Below are positions 57,671-64,000 of a stretch of DNA of 64,000 bases, in pieces; position 1 is the first letter of the stretch; every line of letters starts with the position of its first letter. The position numbers and the translations under genes are program-made. Source of the DNA: an uncultured delta proteobacterium (GTDB lineage: Bacteria; Myxococcota_A; Polyangia; Fen-1088); contig CAVYGB010000006.1 in NCBI GenBank assembly GCA_963767925.1, positions 96,001 through 160,000 of the forward strand, given 5' to 3'. The notes under the pieces were generated by a model, which made no database searches, was not told the DNA's origin, and saw nothing but the letters and a program-made list of their open reading frames with translations.

Positions 57671-58999
57671 ATGCGCCGCGAAGCGGTAGGGGGGGAGCTG
57701 CTCGAGACGCCGGACCGGATCAATCTGTCCTGGTTGGTCCGGTTGCGGTGGGGGGCCATCGTGGGGCAGTTGCTCACCATCTTCGTCGTCGACCGGACGA
57801 TGGGGATCCCGCTGCCGCTCACGCCGCTGCTGGGAGTGGTGGGGCTGGAGGCGGCGGGCAACGCGGGGGCGATGTTGTGGCTGGGCGAGCGGCGGCCGGT
57901 GCGGGACTGGATGTTGCCCGCGGCGATGGCCTTCGACGTCGTGATGTTGACCGGGCTGCTCTTCTTCACGGGCGGGCCCTTCAACCCCTTCAGCTTCCTC
58001 TACCTCGTGCACATCGCCCTGGGGGCGGTGGTGCTGCGGCCGGTCTGGACCTGGTCGCTGGTCGGGCTCTCCCTAGTCTGCTCGGGCGCGCTGTTCTACG
58101 GGCACGTCTGGCTCAAGCTCGACTACTCCGATCCGACAAGCCACGCGCAGCACATGCGCATGCACCTCGAGGGGATGTGGATCGCCTTCGCGGTGGCGGC
58201 CGGGTTCATCGTCTACTTCGTCACCCGGGTGCGCCGGGCCCTGTCGCGCCGGGAGGCCGACCTGGCGGCGGAGCGGGCGCTGGCCGCCCGCAACGAGCGG
58301 CTGGCCTCCCTGGCCACCCTGGCGGCGGGGGCGGCCCACGAGCTGGCCACCCCGCTCGGCACCATCGCGGTGGTGGCCCGGGAGCTCGAGCGGGTCACCG
58401 AGCGGCAGGGGCCCGGGCCGGCCCTCGAGGACATCCGGCTGATCCGGGCCCAGGTGGACCGCTGCCGGGCCATCCTCAGCCAGCTCGCCTCCGACGCCGG
58501 GGCGAGCGCGGGCGAGTCGTTCGTCCGGACCACGCTGTCCGAGGTCGTCGCCCTGGCCCTCGATGGTCTGCCGGCCGAACCCCCGGTGCGGACCGACCTC
58601 CCCGCGGGCCAGGCGCGGGAGATCCTGGTGCCGCGGCGGGCGCTGGCGCAGGCCCTGCGGGCCGTGATGAAAAACGCGCAGGACGCCTCGGGCGCCGGCG
58701 CCGAGGTGCAGGTGACGGCCCGGGACGAAGGGGACCGGCTGCTGCTCGAGGTGGCCGATCGGGGCGCCGGCATGCCGCCCGAGGTGCTGGCCCGGGCCGG
58801 CGAGCCGTTCTTCACCACCAAGGCGCCCGGCCGGGGCATGGGGCTGGGGCTGTTCCTGGCCCGCTCGCTTGTCGAGAGTCTCGGCGGCAGCTTCGCCCTG
58901 CGCTCGTCGGCGGGACGGGGGACCACGGTGGCGCTGGGCTTTCCCCTGGCGACCCCGCTGCCCGAGCGGGCCACCGTCGCCGCCGAGGCGCTGGCGTGA
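57671..58999 (+). CDS. regB: RegB/PrrB/ActS-type sensor histidine kinase
   Basis: LRW, TGGPFNPF, AAGAAHELATPL, VDRCRAIL (redox Cys position), PFFTTK..GMGLGL. Confidence 0.9.
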   Translation: MRREAVGGELLETPDRINLSWLVRLRWGAIVGQLLTIFVVDRTMGIPLPLTPLLGVVGLEAAGNAGAMLWLGERRPVRDWMLPAAMAFDVVMLTGLLFFTGGPFNPFSFLYLVHIALGAVVLRPVWTWSLVGLSLVCSGALFYGHVWLKLDYSDPTSHAQHMRMHLEGMWIAFAVAAGFIVYFVTRVRRALSRREADLAAERALAARNERLASLATLAAGAAHELATPLGTIAVVARELERVTERQGPGPALEDIRLIRAQVDRCRAILSQLASDAGASAGESFVRTTLSEVVALALDGLPAEPPVRTDLPAGQAREILVPRRALAQALRAVMKNAQDASGAGAEVQVTARDEGDRLLLEVADRGAGMPPEVLARAGEPFFTTKAPGRGMGLGLFLARSLVESLGGSFALRSSAGRGTTVALGFPLATPLPERATVAAEALA

Positions 59000-59556
59000 C
59001 GGCCGCCCCCGGCCTCGAGCGGCCCACCCTGCTCGTCGTCGACGACGACGAGACCTTCCGCGAGCGGCTGGCCCGCGCCCTGGGAGACCGCGGGCTGGAG
59101 GTGCGGATGGCGGGGGACTTCACGAGCGGCCTGCAGGCGGCCGCGGTGGACCCGCCCGAGATGGCGATTGTCGACCTCAAGATGCCGGGCCGCTCGGGGC
59201 TGGATCTCGTGCGCGAGCTGCGCGCGCTGGACGCCAGCACGCGCATCGTCGTGCTCACCGGCTACGGCAGCATCGCCACCGCGGTGGAGGCGATGAAGCT
59301 CGGCGCGCGCCACTACCTCACCAAGCCGGCCGACGCCGACGAGATCCTCGCCGCCCTGGGGGCAGGGGCCGAGGAGGAGGTGGCGCCGGGACCCGCGGTG
59401 GGCGGGACGCCCTCGCTGGCCCGGGCCGAGTGGGAGCACATCCACCGGGTGCTGGCGGACTGCGCGGGCAACGTGTCGGAGGCGGCCCGGCGGCTGGGCC
59501 TGCACCGCCGGTCGCTGCAGCGCAAGCTGGCCCGCAACCCGCCCGGCGGCTACTAG
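58996..59556 (+). CDS. regA: RegA/PrrA/ActR-type response regulator
   Basis: VDDD, VDLKMP, LTGYGSIATAVEAMKLGA..YLTKPADAD, EWEHIHRVL..NVSEAARRLGLHRRSLQRKL. Confidence 0.93.
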   Translation: MTAAPGLERPTLLVVDDDETFRERLARALGDRGLEVRMAGDFTSGLQAAAVDPPEMAIVDLKMPGRSGLDLVRELRALDASTRIVVLTGYGSIATAVEAMKLGARHYLTKPADADEILAALGAGAEEEVAPGPAVGGTPSLARAEWEHIHRVLADCAGNVSEAARRLGLHRRSLQRKLARNPPGGY

Positions 59557-59881
59557 TGCACCGCAGTCGAAATAGCGTCAAGGCTGCGCCGACGATCCTG
59601 CGCCCCCGGGGCCGGGGGCCCGAGATAGTGAACTTGACAGTCGTTATCAGGTACTTCGGTCCGCCGCTGATCCCGAACGGAGGATCGATCGGACAGCGAG
59701 GCGGCTCCGGCCTGACGGCGGCTGGGGCGGCCGGCGGGGAGCGCTGGGCCTGCACTTGGGAGCTCGTCAGCGATGGGCCCGCTGCGCTCCGCTACCGTTG
59801 CGGGCCAGGCGGGCTCGGCGTCGGAGTTGGCAGTCGTCTGACGGGGGGGCGGTTGGGTTGACCCTCTCCTGGGGGGAGGAG

Positions 59882-60472
59882 TTAGGGGGGGGCGGGGCGG
59901 GGGGATAGGGTTTGGCGGTAGAGGTCGCGGTAGGTGTTGTGGCAGGCGCGGCAGGTGGCGCGGAGGGAATCGAGGTTGCGGGCGCGGATGGCGGCGGTGC
60001 CGCGGGTGGTGAAATCGGACCAGTGTTCGAGGGATGGGGGGGCGTGGGCGGCGAGGCGGGTGAAGGAGCGGGCGAGGTGGGGCCAGTCGGGGAGCTGGAG
60101 GGGGGCGGAGAGCTCGCGGTCCATCCAGGCTTCGAGGGGGCAGAGGGGCTGATCTTTGCCTCCGCAGGGCGGTGCCGGGCTGGCGTCGGGGCGAGGGGGC
60201 GGCGCGACGGTCGTCGCGTCGACTGCGGCGGCGGGCTGCTGGGGCGTGTTCCAGGCTTTGCAGCTGCCGCCGGTCAGGACGGTCGCCACGGCGACGGCGA
60301 GGGGGAGCCAGACCCTGCGGCCATCTCCGGTGGGGGCGGTGGCCACGGCGACGGCGGGTGGCGAGGCCTGGCGGCCATCTCCGGTGGGGGCGGTGGCCAC
60401 GGCGAGTAGCAGGGCTTTGCGGCCACCGCCGGGGGGGGCGGGGCGGCGGGGGGTGGGCGGGGCCTCCCGCAC
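59882..60472 (-). CDS. Small class II (cytochrome c'-like) CxxCH protein
   Basis: CPLEAWM..CRACHNTYR at C-terminus; N-terminus has a 54-bp duplication; start uncertain. Confidence 0.65.
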   Translation of the reverse strand: MREAPPTPRRPAPPGGGRKALLLAVATAPTGDGRQASPPAVAVATAPTGDGRRVWLPLAVAVATVLTGGSCKAWNTPQQPAAAVDATTVAPPPRPDASPAPPCGGKDQPLCPLEAWMDRELSAPLQLPDWPHLARSFTRLAAHAPPSLEHWSDFTTRGTAAIRARNLDSLRATCRACHNTYRDLYRQTLSPRPAPP

Positions 60473-60491
60473 GGGTCGGGGGGGGGTGGGG

Positions 60492-61505
60492 CTAGGGGGT
60501 TTTTGGGGCGGGGGGCATGGTCCAGGGCTTGAGCTCGCCTTCGAAGGAGAGGGCGTCGTCGCCGACCTTGGCGAAGGCTTTGGCCAGGTCGAGCAGGGCG
60601 AGCCGCTCGCTGTCGTCGGTGAGGCCGATGGGAAAGCCGTAGTCGTTCTTGGGCGGCATGCTGTTCTTCTCGAGGTGCATGACGATGCTCTGGCGAGAGA
60701 AGAGCGCCTGATTCGGGTAGTTGAAGAACTCCAGCGAGCCGATCTTGGCGAAGTTGTCGGGCGAGTGGCAGACCAGACAGCTCGAGCTGCGCATCTCGCT
60801 CTCCAGGGCCCGGTAGGCGGCGTCGAGCTTCTGCACGTGGGGGTTGTTCTGGGAAAACAGGAAGCTGAAGAGCGTGACGTACGGCATCTCCTGCCCGTCC
60901 TTGCTCCAGCGCCACTGCCCCGACCAGGTCCGGTTGACGTAATTCCTCTGGCGCTCCTTCAGATCTTCCTCCGGCCGCAGGTTGGAGCGCAGGGCTCCGG
61001 TCAGCTTGCCCCGATCCATGATGAGGACGAGCTCGGGCGAGAGCTGCCAGGTGTCCCACTTGGGCTTGGAGTGCCACAGCGGGTAGGGATAGGCCCCGGG
61101 ATCGAGCTGGTTGCGGAAGTAATACGGCAGGTGGATGACGGTGAAGTCGCCGACCGTCTCGAGGCGGAAGTCGCCCGTGAACATGAACAAGCTGAGGTAC
61201 ATGCGCCGCCACACCAGGGCGTTGAAGCGGGTGGTGTCCGAGTCGGACAGCCGGTAGCCAGTGCCGGTTTTCTGGCCGCCCCAGGAGAAGGGCTCGGACA
61301 TGGTGTCGCGCAGGAGGGTAAAGTCGGTCAGCTTGCCCGCGCACTGCAGGCGAGCGCTCTCGTCGTTGGGCGCCGACATCGGGCAGGCGGCGATGATGCC
61401 CCGGGCGATCTCACCGGCCAGCTCCTCCTGATTCATCTCCTCGGCGGCATTGCAGCCGAGCGCGACCGCGAGCGACAGTCCCAGCGAAGCGTACTTTGCG
61501 TTCAT
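60492..61505 (-). CDS. Lipoprotein with c-type heme motif
   Basis: Lipobox ALGC; CLVCHSPDN..NSMPP; RBS GAGGGGG. Confidence 0.8.
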   Translation of the reverse strand: MNAKYASLGLSLAVALGCNAAEEMNQEELAGEIARGIIAACPMSAPNDESARLQCAGKLTDFTLLRDTMSEPFSWGGQKTGTGYRLSDSDTTRFNALVWRRMYLSLFMFTGDFRLETVGDFTVIHLPYYFRNQLDPGAYPYPLWHSKPKWDTWQLSPELVLIMDRGKLTGALRSNLRPEEDLKERQRNYVNRTWSGQWRWSKDGQEMPYVTLFSFLFSQNNPHVQKLDAAYRALESEMRSSSCLVCHSPDNFAKIGSLEFFNYPNQALFSRQSIVMHLEKNSMPPKNDYGFPIGLTDDSERLALLDLAKAFAKVGDDALSFEGELKPWTMPPAPKTP

Positions 61506-61515
61506 GGTGACCCCC

Positions 61516-62289
61516 TCAGTCGACGAACAGCAGACCGTGGCTCAGCTCTTTGCTGGCGATGGGCAGCTTGCCGTCGTAGCTGCGCCCCTGGAAATCCACC
61601 GGCCACGCCTTCTCGGTGCAGCCGGCCTTCTCGAAGCGCACCCGGTAGTAGCTGCCGGGCGGCAACACCCCGAGCAGCCAGGCGGCCGGGCGGGCCCCCG
61701 CCTGGATCGTCGTGAGGGTGGAGTCGGGCGCGGCCTCGTTGGCCTTGCTGTAGAGGACCTTGCCGAGCTGAGTCGGCTCGATGACGATCTTGCCGCCGGT
61801 GGGGTCGCAGGGCCCGAGCGATCGCACCTCGACCGCCAGCAGGCCGTAGTCGCCGACGCGCGCGCCCCCCATGATGGCGCTCATCTGCTCGATGTACGTC
61901 GGCGCCACCATCATCAGCTCGAGCTCGCTCGAGGTCTGCCCTTTCGGGATCAAGAAGGCGTTGGTCCGGGTCGGGGCGAAGCCGAGGGCCATGGCCTCCG
62001 CCCGCACGCTGATGGTCGTCGCGCCCGGCACCGACAGCTCCCAGGTGCCGTCGGTGCCTGAGGTCGCCACCCGCGGCGCCTCGAGCGCCGGCGCATCCAG
62101 CACCGTCACGGTGGCGCCCGCTACCGGCTGCCGGCTGGCATCGACGACCTTTCCGCGCAGGGTCGCCATGCCGGGGTTGAGGGTCGGCGCCTTCGGTGGA
62201 TCGGAAGGGGGGCGGGGCTCTTCCACTGTTCCACAACCGATCGCCATCGACAGCAGGGCCACTAACGGGATGGACGAACCACGAGTCAT
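61516..62289 (-). CDS. Lipoprotein with carboxypeptidase-regulatory-like beta domain
   Basis: Lipobox AIGC; LRGKVVD..PVAGATV..DGTWEL. Confidence 0.78.
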   Translation of the reverse strand: MTRGSSIPLVALLSMAIGCGTVEEPRPPSDPPKAPTLNPGMATLRGKVVDASRQPVAGATVTVLDAPALEAPRVATSGTDGTWELSVPGATTISVRAEAMALGFAPTRTNAFLIPKGQTSSELELMMVAPTYIEQMSAIMGGARVGDYGLLAVEVRSLGPCDPTGGKIVIEPTQLGKVLYSKANEAAPDSTLTTIQAGARPAAWLLGVLPPGSYYRVRFEKAGCTEKAWPVDFQGRSYDGKLPIASKELSHGLLFVD

Positions 62290-62600
62290 GGGCACCCCTC
62301 GTAAGTGAAGCCTACGTAATCGTCAGAACCCGAGCGCCCTTGAGGGCGCTGAAGGCGCAGGTGTGCGTAACCTTCGCGCAGCGGGAGGCGCCTGGCGCGG
62401 CTCGCCGCTCCGATTCGCGGCAAATCCCCGAAGAAAACCGGGTGCCGGCGCGCGCGCCGGCCGCTGCCTGTGGCCCTGGCTCCCGAAAGGGCGCCGGCGG
62501 GCTCACCCCGCCGGCCCCGGCCGACCTCGACCCACAGCCCGGGTCGGGCGCTCGGGCCTCGATCGCGGCGGCAGGGCGCCCCGCTCGGGCCAGGGGCAGG

Positions 62601-63593
62601 CTACTGCGCGAGGACCTCGTCCCAGGTGGTGACCGGCCAGTCGGTGCGGAAGAGGTCGTCGACCGCCGGGCGGGCCTTGGCCCGGATGGCCTCGGCGTCC
62701 GGGTTGACCACCGTCATGCCCTCGGCCTGCAGGGTCTCGAGCAGGGTGGCCTCGCTCTCCTTCATCTTCGCCGTCCCGAAGGCCGCGGCCTCCTTCAGAG
62801 CGGCGGTGACCCGGCGGCGCTGGCGGTCGGACAGCCCCAGCCAGAAGTCCTCGTTGATGAAGAACCAGCCCACCCCCACCAGGTGGTTGGTCAGGCTGAG
62901 GTGCGACTGCACCTCGGAGAGCCGCAGCGAGGAGATCTGCGTGAGGTCGCCCTCCGAGGCGTCGACCGCGCCGGTGCGCAGCGCCTCGTACAACATCGGC
63001 AGGGGGATGGCGGTCGGCTCGGTCTCGAGCGCGGACCAGACCTTGATCCAGGTCGGCACCACCGGCAGCCGCAGCTTGAGGCCGAGCAGATCGGCGGGGC
63101 CGGTGATCGGGACCTTGGAGGTCATCTGCCGGAAGCCGCGGTAGACGGTGTCGAGGGCCAGCATGTTGCCGGCCGCGAGCACCTCGGTCCGGGCCGCGTC
63201 GCCGAGCTTGCCGCCCCAGACGCGCAGGAAGTGCTCGTGGTCCCGGATGACGTAGGGGCCGTTGAAGAAGAAATAGCGGGGCGCGAACACCTGCAGCGGG
63301 GCCCCCCCGGTGGCCTGCATGTCGACGATGCCCATCGAGGTCTGCAGGTTGATCTCGTCCTCGGTGCCGGCGGCCGGCCGCAGGTCGACCTTGATGTTGC
63401 CCTTCGACTCCTCCTCGACCAGCGCCTTGAACCGCTCGCCGGTGTCCGCGAGGATGTGGCCGGTAGGGAAGGTCATGGCCAGCCGGATCACGACGTCGCG
63501 TTCAGGCTCGCAGCCGAAGCCGCCCCCGTCGGGCGGGCTGGCGCCCATCGAGAGGATCACGGTAGCGAAGAGCGCGATTCGTCGAAGGAGCAT
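62601..63593 (-). CDS. dctP: TRAP transporter substrate-binding protein
   Basis: YRGFRQMTS, DLLGLKLR, LYEALRTGAVDASE, LSLTNH. Confidence 0.9.
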   Translation of the reverse strand: MLLRRIALFATVILSMGASPPDGGGFGCEPERDVVIRLAMTFPTGHILADTGERFKALVEEESKGNIKVDLRPAAGTEDEINLQTSMGIVDMQATGGAPLQVFAPRYFFFNGPYVIRDHEHFLRVWGGKLGDAARTEVLAAGNMLALDTVYRGFRQMTSKVPITGPADLLGLKLRLPVVPTWIKVWSALETEPTAIPLPMLYEALRTGAVDASEGDLTQISSLRLSEVQSHLSLTNHLVGVGWFFINEDFWLGLSDRQRRRVTAALKEAAAFGTAKMKESEATLLETLQAEGMTVVNPDAEAIRAKARPAVDDLFRTDWPVTTWDEVLAQ

Positions 63594-63638
63594 CGCTGCG
63601 GCTGCCTTTCTGCGAAGGTCCGGTGGGCCCGCCCTTCA

Positions 63639-63666
63639 ATTAGAAGCCGTGCGCGGCATGTGTCAA
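63639..63666 (-). promoter_or_regulatory. Sigma70-type promoter of dctP
   Basis: Minus strand TTGACA-N16-TCTAAT. Confidence 0.6.
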
Positions 63667-63744
63667 ATTGGGGCCCTCGAAATTAGGGATCGCGAGTAGC
63701 CACCTGTGACATCAAACACGAGCCCGGGGAGTCGCTCTCCGTTC

Positions 63745-64000
63745 ATGCGCCGCCTCCGCCGGCCGTCTCTCCTCGGATTTCACGTCGTCGTCGCGATGGC
63801 GTCCCTCCCCGGAGGCTGCGCCACCAGCCCACCGCCACCGGACCGGAGCGAGCCCGCGCCGTCCGAGGCCCCCTCCCGGCCCGCGCCGGCGTCCCCCCGG
63901 GCGCCGCGACCGGCCGAGCCGGCCCCGCCGGAGCCGCCGCTGCCGCCGGCGGCGCCGGTACCCCCGGAGGTCCCGCCCCCCTTACCACTGCCCGCCCTCG
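63745..64000 (+). CDS. Pro-rich lipoprotein, 5' part only
   Basis: Manual translation MRRLRRPSLLGFHVVVAMASLPGGCATSPPPP..; open to the window end. Confidence 0.6.
   Translation, partial: MRRLRRPSLLGFHVVVAMASLPGGCATSPPPPDRSEPAPSEAPSRPAPASPRAPRPAEPAPPEPPLPPAAPVPPEVPPPLPLPAL

Noticed and set aside
1..64000. Prophage, IS element, reverse transcriptase or anti-phage defence system
   Set aside because: No integrase, transposase, RT, nuclease or phage structural motifs were recognised, and base composition looks uniform.

Overview
Very GC-rich chromosomal window with a gene complement typical of Myxococcota/deltaproteobacteria (lineage inferred from gene content): Hanks Ser/Thr kinases, many CxxCH lipoproteins and three DUF1592+DUF1552-type pairs. 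About 52 CDS, including hflX (partial), lepB, a Tat-signal pirin, a frameshifted xth, tmk, a 10-gene Pil/Chp-like chemosensory cluster, a sugar kinase with two phosphohexomutase paralogs, a copper monooxygenase-cytochrome fusion, two TonB-dependent receptor loci, a RegB/RegA-type two-component pair and an orphan DctP. No rRNA, tRNA, CRISPR array or transposase was seen. Most interesting: (1) a nearly identical 73-bp double-hairpin element occurs twice, each time directly followed by a different tandem-repeat array; (2) a His-rich upstream ORF ending in an RGPP arrest-like motif precedes a TonB receptor/metal-lipoprotein operon; (3) the chemosensory cluster lacks CheR/CheB but contains a Ser/Thr kinase, a pseudo-receiver and a possible dead PP2C domain; (4) the two phosphohexomutases have reciprocally degraded active-site motifs; (5) a ~190-nt 6S-like structured RNA candidate. 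All family assignments are from motif recognition by eye, not database searches.
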